Origin: Euryarchaeota archaeon UBA171
GTDB lineage: Archaea > Thermoplasmatota > Poseidoniia > Poseidoniales > Thalassarchaeaceae
Reading direction: 5' to 3'
Assembly (NCBI GenBank): GCA_002497295.1
Contig: DANO01000018.1
Coordinates: 11,909 to 75,908, forward strand
Length of the DNA stretch: 64,000 bases
Under the pieces are notes generated by a model. That model worked only from the letters and a program-made list of their open reading frames with translations, was not told the DNA's origin and ran no database searches. The translations under genes were made by a program, and so were the position numbers. Of the stretch, positions 39,250-49,540 are shown piece after piece. Position 1 is the first letter of the stretch. Each line of letters starts with the position of its first letter.

Positions 39250-40438
39250 CTATGGCATACGGTTGGGATTCTATTTCCTTTGGCTCTGGAAGTTTCCCTA
39301 AAGTTTCTGAAACTTTCAGTTGATCTAATTTCCTCGCTTGAGGAAGAACCCTAGATTCATACGAGCGCATTGTTTCATTGTACTTCTTTGTAGCATGATC
39401 CAAGTGAGTTCCCATTTTCATCATATGAGATATCATTGTTTCAACTCGATTATACATCTCCTCGGTAACCTCGTAAATTGTAGAAGCGGACTGACTGAAT
39501 TCATATTGTTTCCAGTAGAGGGCCACAGTCCGCAACAGTCCCAGCATGGTCACGGGAGTAGCAATCAATACTTTCTTACTCATTGCGTAATCCATGAGAT
39601 TCGGATTAGTAGTGAAGGCTGAAGCAGCCATTGCCTCGCTAGGGATGAACATTATCACATGGTCGAAATCTCCCTCGATGGAATCCTGATAGGACTTAGC
39701 ACTCAGTCTTGTTATTGTCTTCTTCATGGCTTCAGAATGTTCGTCAAGAAGTCTATTCTGCTCATCTCCGGGCCCCAATTCGACTGCTGAGAGGTAATGA
39801 TGACCAATTGCTTTAGAATCGATTGGAATCACACCATCTTTCGGCAACCTAACGATATAATCGGGCCTCCCGGATTCTACTTTCTCTTGTTCAAAGAAGT
39901 CGACATGTTCAGTCATTCCTGCCATTTCAAATATCCTCCGAAGCTTAACTTCCCCCCATTTACCTCTTTCATTCGGTGAGGTGGTTAGGGTCGTAGCCAA
40001 TGCAGTAGTCCGGAAACTAAGGTTCTCTGCCTTGTCTCCCAGATCTTTTAGCTGCCTCTTTATCGCCTCGTAAGCCCCCTTGCGTTCTGTCTCAATTTTT
40101 TGATTAGATTGAGATAATTTTTCCATTTCATCCCTAAGAGGCCTGATTAAATTTTCAACTTCGACTTTTCTTTTATCGATACCCTTCTCGGCCTCGGAAT
40201 TGACTTTTCCAAGCCTTTCCTCCGCAAGTCTAAGGAAGTCCTCATTTTGCTTTCTTCCGATATCAGCGGCGATATTCTCCATTTGAATTTTCAAGGTTGA
40301 CTCAGAAGCAGATTGAGCCTTCATCCGCTCCTCGGTACGAATCATGTCTCCTCTCATCCTTTGCATCGCTAAGAGCCAACCTATTGCCAAACCAGACAAC
40401 AATCCAATCAGGAGTATAGCTACTGTCGGAATATCCAC
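39236..40438 (-). CDS. rmuC: DNA recombination protein RmuC homolog
   Basis: N-terminal TM and coiled coil, RGKWGE..L, RPD.IV.LP, IDSK, MFIPSE, ATP.T....LR. Confidence 0.9.
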   Translation of the reverse strand: MDIPTVAILLIGLLSGLAIGWLLAMQRMRGDMIRTEERMKAQSASESTLKIQMENIAADIGRKQNEDFLRLAEERLGKVNSEAEKGIDKRKVEVENLIRPLRDEMEKLSQSNQKIETERKGAYEAIKRQLKDLGDKAENLSFRTTALATTLTTSPNERGKWGEVKLRRIFEMAGMTEHVDFFEQEKVESGRPDYIVRLPKDGVIPIDSKAIGHHYLSAVELGPGDEQNRLLDEHSEAMKKTITRLSAKSYQDSIEGDFDHVIMFIPSEAMAASAFTTNPNLMDYAMSKKVLIATPVTMLGLLRTVALYWKQYEFSQSASTIYEVTEEMYNRVETMISHMMKMGTHLDHATKKYNETMRSYESRVLPQARKLDQLKVSETLGKLPEPKEIESQPYAIVDED

Positions 40439-40516
40439 AAAGCACGACTAACATTGAGAGTAGATAAAGACATAGATGATGTCCATACTAAGGGAAGATA
40501 AGAATTAGAGAACCGT

Positions 40517-41161
40517 TTGCCGACTGTTGTGCGAACAAAGCATCTTGCGATGAGAATCTCGAAATTAGATGATTTCACCTCGCCAATGATCGAACTTGAA
40601 CAGTATACTACCAAGGGAAACTTAGCAGCCAGATGGATACGCCTCGCGAAGGATATGGGAGACATTCCAATGGGCTGCACAGTAGCAGATCTAGGATGTG
40701 GTACGGGTGTATTGGGGCTTGGCGCGTTGTTTTGCGGCGCTTCGAATGCAATTATGATCGATATCGATCAATCTGCGTTAGACATAGTGTACAATAATGC
40801 AGGCAGCGAAGGATTCTCCAAGAATATCGAAATTATCTGCTCTGATGTTGCTGCAGTGACTCTTGAGCATACGGATCTCATACTCTGCAACCCCCCGTGG
40901 GGAACACAAAAGATGGGTGCCGATGCACCATTCTTGGAAGCCATCAGAAATGCTGGTGTGCCAGCATACATGCTCCATTCCAGTGATGCTAAGCATGTAG
41001 CGGCAAGATTTGATTCATGGGGCTGGCACGTCCATGAGGTATTCAGTGCGCAATTCGATCTGGGTTCTTCACACACCCATCATACAAGGAGACGAGTGAT
41101 GACCCAAGCCACTCTCTGGAGGCTCCTACCACCGGATGCAACATCGCCGGACCGTTCATAG
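40517..41161 (+). CDS. METTL5-like N6-adenine RNA methyltransferase
   Basis: LEQY.T, DLGCGTG.L, NPPWG, AD..FL. Confidence 0.85.
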   Translation: MPTVVRTKHLAMRISKLDDFTSPMIELEQYTTKGNLAARWIRLAKDMGDIPMGCTVADLGCGTGVLGLGALFCGASNAIMIDIDQSALDIVYNNAGSEGFSKNIEIICSDVAAVTLEHTDLILCNPPWGTQKMGADAPFLEAIRNAGVPAYMLHSSDAKHVAARFDSWGWHVHEVFSAQFDLGSSHTHHTRRRVMTQATLWRLLPPDATSPDRS

Positions 41162-41184
41162 GCGACTCTCAGGTGGCATACCTC

Positions 41185-42417
41185 ATGGGAACCTCATCTG
41201 ACGTTGTCAGCCCGGGGCAGCTCACCGACATAACCCCTGATTCTGAGTTGGGGCCAGGGTTGTCTGCAACCGATAGAGGAGTGGTGGCTCTGGTCACAGG
41301 AACCCTTCATCAGGAAGATGGGACATGGTCCGTGAAGGAATCGAATCTCGGAGTCAACAATCTGGAAGTCGGTGATGATTTCATCGGAGAGGTACACGGA
41401 TTGCAGCCGAAAGTCGCAATAATCAGGATAATCAGCGTCGAGAAACCCGGCATGGAAGCCAAGTCCCTTCCTGCAAAGGAACTCTTTGCCGACATAACCG
41501 TCACAGAACTATGCGACCGATTCATGCCTTCGGCCGGCGATGCAATGAGGAGACGAGACATAGTCCGCGCCCGTGTCACGTCTACGGACCCCATGATACG
41601 CGCAACGACCAAGTCCGCACATACGTTAGGAGTCCTCCATGCGATTTGCACGGCTTGCGGGGAACCGCTACACGCCAGTGATTCAAAACCCGATTTCAAT
41701 GTGGCCTGCAATCGATGTGACTACACAGGCTACAGAGTACTATCATCCGACTTCAACAGGCTCAACGGCATGGACTCTTCAGAGTTGAATCGAGAGGGCA
41801 CCAGATGGTCATCCGAGGCTGATGGGATGCTCGGTCACGATGGTGCCCGCCCCTATCTCTCCCCAGTTGCAGACCATCGAAGGGGATGGTCGCATGAGAT
41901 GCCGAGAGAGGCCGCTAGATCGAGGTCGAGACAAGGCCGAGACCGTCCAAGGAGGGAGATGCATGATGCGAAATGCACTCTCTGCGGCAAAGACACCAAG
42001 GTTCCATTCAAACCAACTATGGGTAAGCCGATTCGTTGCAGCGATTGTCTTGAAGCTGTTAAGCAGGGGGATGCAGATGAGGAGAAACTCGCAGCAGAGA
42101 GAAAGCTGCTGATATCTCTCAGAAAAGAGGCTGAAGCAAACGCTCCCCTGAGGCTATTCGTGGGGAGGCTATCCAGAGATGCCACTGAGGCAGATATCAA
42201 GAAAGCATTCGGAGAGCATGGCGAAGTCGTCGACTTCCATATGCCAGTTGACAGGGATACAGGCAACCCCCGGGGATTCGCATTTGTCACACTGTCTCCG
42301 AAATCCGCTGGAGAAGCTGCCATTAAAGCCCTAAACGGTGCAGAGTTAGCAGGAAGAAAGATCGTTGTAGAGGCCAGTCAGAGAGAAGGCGGGGATCGTC
42401 GTCGAAAGCGGCGATGA
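41185..42417 (+). CDS. csl4: Exosome cap subunit Csl4 fused to a CxxC-x17-CxxC zinc finger and an RRM
   Basis: VVSPG..GPG N-domain, S1 (GD..IGEV...DIVRARV), LGV.HA.C..CG...C..C....R.LS zinc ribbon, CTLC-x17-CSDC, RNP2 LFVGRL, RNP1 RGFAFVTL. Confidence 0.8.
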   Translation: MGTSSDVVSPGQLTDITPDSELGPGLSATDRGVVALVTGTLHQEDGTWSVKESNLGVNNLEVGDDFIGEVHGLQPKVAIIRIISVEKPGMEAKSLPAKELFADITVTELCDRFMPSAGDAMRRRDIVRARVTSTDPMIRATTKSAHTLGVLHAICTACGEPLHASDSKPDFNVACNRCDYTGYRVLSSDFNRLNGMDSSELNREGTRWSSEADGMLGHDGARPYLSPVADHRRGWSHEMPREAARSRSRQGRDRPRREMHDAKCTLCGKDTKVPFKPTMGKPIRCSDCLEAVKQGDADEEKLAAERKLLISLRKEAEANAPLRLFVGRLSRDATEADIKKAFGEHGEVVDFHMPVDRDTGNPRGFAFVTLSPKSAGEAAIKALNGAELAGRKIVVEASQREGGDRRRKRR

Positions 42418-44237
42418 CTGCGAAGCATCAAGCACGAACCCCTTCTCGAAAGTATATGGCCGGTGCTTGGCTGGTCTTGGATGGTTACGAGGACGAACCT
42501 GCTGCGTTCGGGGTCCCGAATTACATCGGCTTTCACGCCAGATACATTTGCGGCGTCTTCGAGGAGAGAGGAATAGACTACAGATATTCCACGATTGATG
42601 ATTTGAGGCTTAGAAGGCGAGCATCACATCGCACGGGTGAAGATTCACTGATGCCGGATGCCGAAGATATAGAGGGAGTAGTCATTCTAGCAGGCGCTGT
42701 AGTGCCTGGGAAATATATCAGGGGGACCCCAATCAGCCGTAAAGAGGTAGACTCCATACTGCCTTCAATCCCATCTGGATGTCCGATTCTGATTGGAGGG
42801 TGGGCCGTGCGGATATGGCGCCAGGATGGGTGGACGCCCTTGAGGAAGAACCTCTTCCTTTCCCTGCAGGATACCGATGCTACCCTAGAGAGTTTCCTTG
42901 CAACAGGGAAGTGGTCTCATCGCAGAAGGACGTCAGAGCAATGGTCAAGATGGGCATTTAGGGGAGCATCTTCCAGAGCGGTGACCGATCATCCAGACAT
43001 CATCTCCCCAAATGGGAGTCCTGGGCCACTCACCTACGAGGTTGAATTGTACCAAGGCTGTGTGAGGTACAAGAGGGGGTGCAAGTTCTGCATAGAGCCC
43101 AAGAAAGGGGTGCCTCTCTGGAGAGATGAGGAGGACGTCATAGCAGAGGTAGAATCTGCGACTGATGCAGGCATACGGAATATTAGGATTGGAGGGGCCA
43201 CAGATGTGTATACCTACAAGGCTGAAGGAGTGATAGATCTTGAGTACCCCATTCCAAACCCTGAGCCCATTGCGAAGGTTCTGCATGAGATACGTGATGA
43301 TGAGCGAATCGAGGTGCTTCATGTCGATAATGCAAATCCTTCGATTATAGCCGAGAATCTGGAACCATCTGAGCAGATAACGAAGACACTGGTCAATACG
43401 CTTACAGACGGGGCTGTCCTTTCCTTTGGTTTGGAGTCTGCCGACCCAGCGGTGCATGATGCAAACTGGCTGAACTGCAATACTGAACAGCTTATGACTG
43501 CAATCAGGCATGTGAATGAACATGGCCGAGAACGTGGTCCAAGAGGCCTACCGAAGATGCTCCCCGGATTGAATTTAATCGCCGGTCTGAATGGCGAGAC
43601 GGAAGCCACCTATCAGATGAATCTCAAATTGCTCAGATCAATTCTTCAAGAGGGTCTAATGCTTCGGAGAATCAACATAAGACAGGTAGAGGGGGCTGGC
43701 TTTCAAGAAGTCCCGAAGAAGGCATTTTCCGCATTCAAGAAAGAAGTCAGAGCCACAATCGACACCCCCATGCTTGAACGACTCCTTCCAGTCGGAACAA
43801 TTCTGAGGAACGTTTGGTGGGAATCCAGCGGAGATAGAATAAGGCTGCCTGAGCAGGTGGAGAACCCCTCTTACAGGGATGCATCAAGACACGGGCGACC
43901 AGGGATAACCTTCGGAAGACAGATCGGCGCTTATCCAATTCTCGTGGGCGTCCCCTACCAGATCCCTCTAGAGACGATGTCCGATGTCCTAGTGACAGGC
44001 CATGGATCTAGAAGTGTCTCTGGAGTTGAATTGGGCCTGAACACGATGAAGGCAACAGAGGCCCAATTCAACTCCATACCCGGCATCGGAAATAAGACTG
44101 CGTGGGCATTGGTTTCCACACGGGCAAAATCATTGTCCAAGAATAGGCCCATTCGTAGTACAGAGCACCTATTCAGCGAAGCAGGGGCCCATCTCCCAGA
44201 TTATGCCCGGGAGATACTCGAGCACCCTACTGGATAG
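42414..44237 (+). CDS. Radical SAM protein with C-terminal helix-hairpin-helix (COG1031-like)
   Basis: LDGY.DEPA.FGVP.YI, C-x6-CKFC, HVDNANP, FGLESAD, RRINIRQV, FGRQ.G.YP, IPGIG.K. Confidence 0.85.
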   Translation: MTAKHQARTPSRKYMAGAWLVLDGYEDEPAAFGVPNYIGFHARYICGVFEERGIDYRYSTIDDLRLRRRASHRTGEDSLMPDAEDIEGVVILAGAVVPGKYIRGTPISRKEVDSILPSIPSGCPILIGGWAVRIWRQDGWTPLRKNLFLSLQDTDATLESFLATGKWSHRRRTSEQWSRWAFRGASSRAVTDHPDIISPNGSPGPLTYEVELYQGCVRYKRGCKFCIEPKKGVPLWRDEEDVIAEVESATDAGIRNIRIGGATDVYTYKAEGVIDLEYPIPNPEPIAKVLHEIRDDERIEVLHVDNANPSIIAENLEPSEQITKTLVNTLTDGAVLSFGLESADPAVHDANWLNCNTEQLMTAIRHVNEHGRERGPRGLPKMLPGLNLIAGLNGETEATYQMNLKLLRSILQEGLMLRRINIRQVEGAGFQEVPKKAFSAFKKEVRATIDTPMLERLLPVGTILRNVWWESSGDRIRLPEQVENPSYRDASRHGRPGITFGRQIGAYPILVGVPYQIPLETMSDVLVTGHGSRSVSGVELGLNTMKATEAQFNSIPGIGNKTAWALVSTRAKSLSKNRPIRSTEHLFSEAGAHLPDYAREILEHPTG

Positions 44238-47200
44238 GTTCCCACTGCACGCTCATCGAACCGTTCGGGGCGACACGTAGCACAGGACGCCATTTTGCAC
44301 CATCGGTTCCCTCGGGTATCGAGGATCGTATCCCGCGCAATATTTCCGGGTGCAGATCAACCGACAGAGCCGACGAACTCGACTCATACCTGCCATCTCC
44401 GATATTCACTCTTTCAATCGGGACAGGAGGTGGTGCCAGCGGCGGAGTTCCTTCGTCATCGTCGCTCTCGGCCCCGCTCTCCTCGGATTCGACGTCTTCA
44501 TCTTCATCCTCAGCCTCATTCGTCTCAGGCTCGATATCAATCACATCTTCCTGCACCTCTTCAGCTTGGGCACCTCTCGAGTCATCCGTTTTCTTGAGTC
44601 CGATGTCTTCCAATATGGTCTCAGAGCTCTCCTTTGCTGTACCAATACCCAACCCTCCTCTTGAGGCATAGAGGACGCCCTGTCCAACCAGCGACATCGC
44701 CGCAGCGAATAGCATCACGACGAACACAAGGTCATTTTGACTCGGAACGACCATGAAGCCCAGAGGCATTCCAATAAGCCCGAAACCCCTCCTCCAAGAT
44801 TCGTCTCTGGAGAACCCCAGCATGGAGTGATGTGCCGATATTGTAAGCACCAGTGCAGGAAAAATCAGGCCATAGCCGTCAATTGAGTAAGCATATCCTG
44901 CTATAAGGGCCCAAACACTCGAAAACTTGCTGAGCTCTTCACCCTTCTCGGAGATCGATATTTTCCCGATTGTCCAAGGCCCTTTCCATACAATGTAGAT
45001 TAAAGCCAGACACTGCAGAATTGGAATCAACAATAGCGTCTCTTCATGAAGATCGAGATCTCGATAGCCCATTGTTGGCCATGCTATTGTCTGCAGAGAT
45101 ATACCCAGATAGAGCAGTTTCTCACGACCCGATACTATCCCGTCCACAGTCATTACTACCGACGATATGACCCATGTGACGTAACCGATGTCCCATGCGA
45201 ACCAAAGTAGGAAATACATCCAGACGCGACTTGTCAACCCCACGAGGGCCACAGGATCATACGACTTCTCGATGCCCCATCCTTCGGGTAGATACTCTTC
45301 GAGTTGGACATCTTCAGCATCGTAGTTCCTGGCTAGAAGGCCACTTTTTTGGATCACTACTTGAATACCAGAAATAACTGCTCCCATCAGACAACCTATC
45401 GCAAATATTTCGTTGCCACTAAAATCGATCCATGAATTGTCGAGCATCCACTCGAGCATGGCCCATATGCCGAAAACAAACGACAAAGGAGCGACATTGA
45501 ACCACCAAATGATTCCATTCGCCCATGCCCAGGCCCACATCCCCGCAGCTATGAAGATCCATACCAATCTGAAGTCGGGTATCAGAAAGGCGAAAGCAAG
45601 AATGCCTGCAATTCCGATGCTGAACCTTTCCTCAGCACCCCATCGAGTATCCCCCTCAGGTCGATCCTCAACTCGAATAGCATAGGCTGAAAGGCCAATC
45701 TGTAAAAAGAGCAGAAGACTCGCCCATCTCGGGATATCCATCACCCCAGATTCCTCTCCAAGGAAAGGAATGCTGTCAAGTACGGAGGCGAGAGTCATTT
45801 CCGGAGCAACGCCCCCAGTCAATACCCCTGCGTAGATTGTGGCAGCTATTGGGAGTGCTAGCAGTATCCACGTATTGACATGGGTAGTGGCGCGATAGGC
45901 GACTATCGCAAAGACGGGTATTGCGAGTAACCCTCCTGAGACATCTGTCGCACCTATCGCGATCAGGGATAGTAGCGTGAAGGACCCTATGGTTCGCGCC
46001 TCGTCGGACAGGTCCTCTATCGTCTTGAGCATCCTGTCTACAACAACCAGTGGTGCTACCACCACGATGTCTCTCAGCACCCTTTCGAAGAATCTTACTG
46101 ACTCCCCATCAATTTCTGGACTGGTATTGAACTGTGCTGTTGAAATGATTGCAAAGACTGCAATGCAGGCGGCCCCTGCAAGTCGATGTAGGGGGCTGAC
46201 ACGCCCCATGGCCCCGCATTCCGCAACTAGAAGGCCACCTGCCGCTGCGATGTGGAATATCGCTAACCTCCACTCGAGTATGTCGACATCTGACAAGGTC
46301 CCGCTTCCATTGAAGCTGTCTGAATAGGTTATGTCCCCTGGTACGGCAAGCATCGAAGCGAGCACCAAGAACAGCGAAGTGAACCCGAATGGCGTCAGTA
46401 GTATGGAGGCCTCGCCCCTCTTTCGTGAGCGGGCCTCCACGTAGATAGCCAGCCCAACCACGAGAGGTAGCAGATTGGCATGAGCGAACTCGAGTGGAAC
46501 GACGCCCCTGTCTCTGATGGCAACAATGGATATCGCAAGAGCTAGAATAGGGATGCATACCAAATTCCACCTTGAACCGACGAGAGTGGAATTTTCATCC
46601 CATAATTTGTTTTCATCTCTGCCGATATCTGTCCTCCGCAGCTGTACCAATGCTACGATGATCAGAACTATTGGCAGAAACTCTCCAGCTTTGTCAGAAA
46701 GTGGCACTAGGGCCCCTGCCAGAATCGCAACTGAGGAGCCGCTAGATGAATTGAACCGGCCTCTTGATTCACTCCATATGCCTAGGCCGATCAAAACGGG
46801 AAGCAATCCCAGCCCGAGCCCATGGGCGTTACTAATCTCGACGCCTCCAATGTCCAGGAATACACCTCCCTGGCTGCTTGCAATCGCTGCAGAGATGAAC
46901 CATGCGACGATCATCGCCCAATATGTCGATCGAACAACCCAGTCCCTAGCATGATCACGAGTTTCGAGATAAACGAATGCACCGATTCCTACTACCCATG
47001 CGATCAATGCAGCTTCCGCTTCCAATAGTGAAAGTGCCAATGCAAGGCCTATGGGCATGGCGGGAGTCCTCTGCATCGTTGTCGGTGCGAACCATCCCAC
47101 GAGTAGAGCGGCCCACAACCAGAATGAAAGTCCGAAAGGTTGCTCAGTAATCGATAAAGAACCCAACACGAAGTTAGCCTGGCCATTGGATGCAACAATC

Positions 47201-48039
47201 TGCAATAGAAGGATTCCGAAAATAACAAACCAAGAGCTCTGCTCAATCATCTCTCTGGATAGCCCGCGATCCGTAGCAGTCATTCCCACGATTACTACCA
47301 TTATGGTCATCCAACCCCCTGATTCTACACCCAGGCTCAATACCACAAGTGCTGGAATTGCCATACTAGCCCCTGCAGATATCAGGTACAGAACCGATCG
47401 ATCGAGTCTAAGTGCATGAATCATCGCAGCACTCAGCAGCAAAACGTGTGAGATTGTATTCCACTGCTCGAAAACTCCCCCTGCATAGTCCACCCATATC
47501 GAAACCGCAGATAGAGAGAGGGAAATCGGTGCGAGTATGACGATAGTCCGGGGAAGAGTTCCTAGATTATGCCGATCGATCATTCTAGTGGATATCTCCA
47601 TGACTAACAACATGAAAATCGTCTGTGCTATCGCTAGCTCAACAGTGGGCGCCCACTGCCCTTCAATGAACTGGCCAGTGTACGCTTCAGCTTCCCACAG
47701 GGCGAAAGCGGAGTATCGCGAGAGCCAGATTGATGCAAGTGCACCCGACAGTACTGCGGTGGCAGCAACATAGTCCTCCACCATATTTTGATTCCGATCG
47801 CTACCCTCTCGGCTGCGCCGCCACTCATGGAAACCTATGCAGCTCACTGCAACGGTTCCGAGCATGCCTCCCAAAATCAGGTAAGAATGGTCACTTTCAG
47901 CCGTCAGTTCGAATGTCACGTAATAAATGGCATATGCAAGGACCGCCGCACCCAAACCTATCGATGCGTAGAAGCCCGCTTTTGCCTCATCAAATCCTCC
48001 GCTAGATATCGTCGCGTTTCCCGGCCCGGGCTTTTCCAT
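44227..48039 (-). CDS. Very large polytopic membrane protein of unknown function
   Basis: 1270-aa ORF with dozens of hydrophobic segments and an acidic/Pro-rich C-terminal region. Confidence 0.75.
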   Translation of the reverse strand: MEKPGPGNATISSGGFDEAKAGFYASIGLGAAVLAYAIYYVTFELTAESDHSYLILGGMLGTVAVSCIGFHEWRRSREGSDRNQNMVEDYVAATAVLSGALASIWLSRYSAFALWEAEAYTGQFIEGQWAPTVELAIAQTIFMLLVMEISTRMIDRHNLGTLPRTIVILAPISLSLSAVSIWVDYAGGVFEQWNTISHVLLLSAAMIHALRLDRSVLYLISAGASMAIPALVVLSLGVESGGWMTIMVVIVGMTATDRGLSREMIEQSSWFVIFGILLLQIVASNGQANFVLGSLSITEQPFGLSFWLWAALLVGWFAPTTMQRTPAMPIGLALALSLLEAEAALIAWVVGIGAFVYLETRDHARDWVVRSTYWAMIVAWFISAAIASSQGGVFLDIGGVEISNAHGLGLGLLPVLIGLGIWSESRGRFNSSSGSSVAILAGALVPLSDKAGEFLPIVLIIVALVQLRRTDIGRDENKLWDENSTLVGSRWNLVCIPILALAISIVAIRDRGVVPLEFAHANLLPLVVGLAIYVEARSRKRGEASILLTPFGFTSLFLVLASMLAVPGDITYSDSFNGSGTLSDVDILEWRLAIFHIAAAGGLLVAECGAMGRVSPLHRLAGAACIAVFAIISTAQFNTSPEIDGESVRFFERVLRDIVVVAPLVVVDRMLKTIEDLSDEARTIGSFTLLSLIAIGATDVSGGLLAIPVFAIVAYRATTHVNTWILLALPIAATIYAGVLTGGVAPEMTLASVLDSIPFLGEESGVMDIPRWASLLLFLQIGLSAYAIRVEDRPEGDTRWGAEERFSIGIAGILAFAFLIPDFRLVWIFIAAGMWAWAWANGIIWWFNVAPLSFVFGIWAMLEWMLDNSWIDFSGNEIFAIGCLMGAVISGIQVVIQKSGLLARNYDAEDVQLEEYLPEGWGIEKSYDPVALVGLTSRVWMYFLLWFAWDIGYVTWVISSVVMTVDGIVSGREKLLYLGISLQTIAWPTMGYRDLDLHEETLLLIPILQCLALIYIVWKGPWTIGKISISEKGEELSKFSSVWALIAGYAYSIDGYGLIFPALVLTISAHHSMLGFSRDESWRRGFGLIGMPLGFMVVPSQNDLVFVVMLFAAAMSLVGQGVLYASRGGLGIGTAKESSETILEDIGLKKTDDSRGAQAEEVQEDVIDIEPETNEAEDEDEDVESEESGAESDDDEGTPPLAPPPVPIERVNIGDGRYESSSSALSVDLHPEILRGIRSSIPEGTDGAKWRPVLRVAPNGSMSVQWEPIQ

Positions 48040-48091
48040 GACTGCATTATTTGATATTAGAGGTATAGATATTGAGGCGACAAATGCCGAA

Positions 48092-49540
48092 TTAGCGTTT
48101 TACACAGACGTTAAGCGTCTCAGAGAAGAATCCTAGGCTCCATCTTCCGCCTTCTCGTCCAACTCCGCTGTCTCCAACTCCTCCGAAGGGGGTTCGAAGA
48201 TCCCTGTGGAGCCAAGTATTGACCCAGACCATTCCTGTCCGAATACCTTCAGCGACCCTAATCCCCTTCTCCAGATCTTCAGTCCAAACGCTTCCAGCTA
48301 AACCGTAGCGTGTGCCATTGGCAATCTCAATGGCCTCTTCCTCGGTCTTGAATCGATGTACTGTGACGACGGGGCCGAAGATTTCCTCCGTGGAGCATCG
48401 TGAATCGGGAGATAGGCCCCCAATCACCGTCGGAGCCATCCAATAACCGCCTTCCAGATCTCTAGATAGGGATGATTGGATTTCCATATCGTCCCCTCCG
48501 GTGAGAAAATGCCCTCCCTCATCCTTTGCGATAGAGACGTACTCCTTGACTTTCTTCAGATGACCTGAGGAGATGAGGGCTCCAAGTTGCGTAGAATCCT
48601 CAGAAGGATCACCGATTTTCAAAGACTCAACAGAATCGATAAAGCCCTCTACAAACTCGTCATAAATTGAGTCTTGAACAAGAATTCTGGAGCCACAAAG
48701 ACATATCTGGCCTTGATTCAGGAATGCCGCCCTGCCGACACCCTCTATCGTTTTGTTGAGGTCACAGTCCGCAAATACAATGCTTGAATTCTTGCCTCCA
48801 AGCTCCAGACTTATCTTCTTGAAATGAGGGGCTGCGGATGCAGCAACTTTGGCACCTGTTGACGTGCCCCCTGTAAAGGAGACAAGATCCACATCACTAT
48901 GAGATACCAAACAACTGCCTGCCCCCCCTCCGTCTCCGTGAACCAAGTTGACCACTCCTGGCGGAAGTCCGACTTTGTCGATAACCTCCATGAGGAGATT
49001 CGCCGTCATGGGAGTCATCTCGCTGGGTTTGCATACCACTGTATTCCCCATGCCTATGGCCGGAGCAACTTTCCATGATAGCAAGTATAGTGGCAGATTC
49101 CAAGGGGTGATCAATGCCCCCACGCCAACAGGCCTGTAGGTTACGAAATTGTCCGCATCAGCCATTTCGAAAACTTCTCCACGATGGGTCCTAATCATTT
49201 CAGCAAAGAATCTGAAATTGGCTACCGATCTATTTGCATCAACCGCTCTTGCCAGCGATATTGGTTTTCCTGTATCCCTGCTCTCCAGGGACGCTATGTC
49301 CTCGTATCTGGATTCCAACTCATCTGCTATGATGTCCAGCCACCCTGCTCTTTCCGAATGACTCAGGCCCCCCCACTCTGACTGAGCCTTCCTTGCTGCA
49401 AGGATCGCTGAGTCTACATCTGAAGGCGATGAAAGGGGGACTCTAGCAAATTGCTTTCCGGTAGCAGGCTCAACAACATCGAGCCATTGTTCCCCTGTAT
49501 GTGCCTGAAAATTACCGTCGATATAATTCATCAGATCCAT
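48092..49540 (-). CDS. Aldehyde dehydrogenase, 2-aminomuconate/2-hydroxymuconate semialdehyde dehydrogenase (ALDH8A1)-like
   Basis: PWNLPLYLLSWK, FTGGT, LELGGKN, NQGQICLCGSR, EEIFGP, W.HRDLRTPFGG. Confidence 0.85.
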   Translation of the reverse strand: MDLMNYIDGNFQAHTGEQWLDVVEPATGKQFARVPLSSPSDVDSAILAARKAQSEWGGLSHSERAGWLDIIADELESRYEDIASLESRDTGKPISLARAVDANRSVANFRFFAEMIRTHRGEVFEMADADNFVTYRPVGVGALITPWNLPLYLLSWKVAPAIGMGNTVVCKPSEMTPMTANLLMEVIDKVGLPPGVVNLVHGDGGGAGSCLVSHSDVDLVSFTGGTSTGAKVAASAAPHFKKISLELGGKNSSIVFADCDLNKTIEGVGRAAFLNQGQICLCGSRILVQDSIYDEFVEGFIDSVESLKIGDPSEDSTQLGALISSGHLKKVKEYVSIAKDEGGHFLTGGDDMEIQSSLSRDLEGGYWMAPTVIGGLSPDSRCSTEEIFGPVVTVHRFKTEEEAIEIANGTRYGLAGSVWTEDLEKGIRVAEGIRTGMVWVNTWLHRDLRTPFGGVGDSGVGREGGRWSLGFFSETLNVCVKR

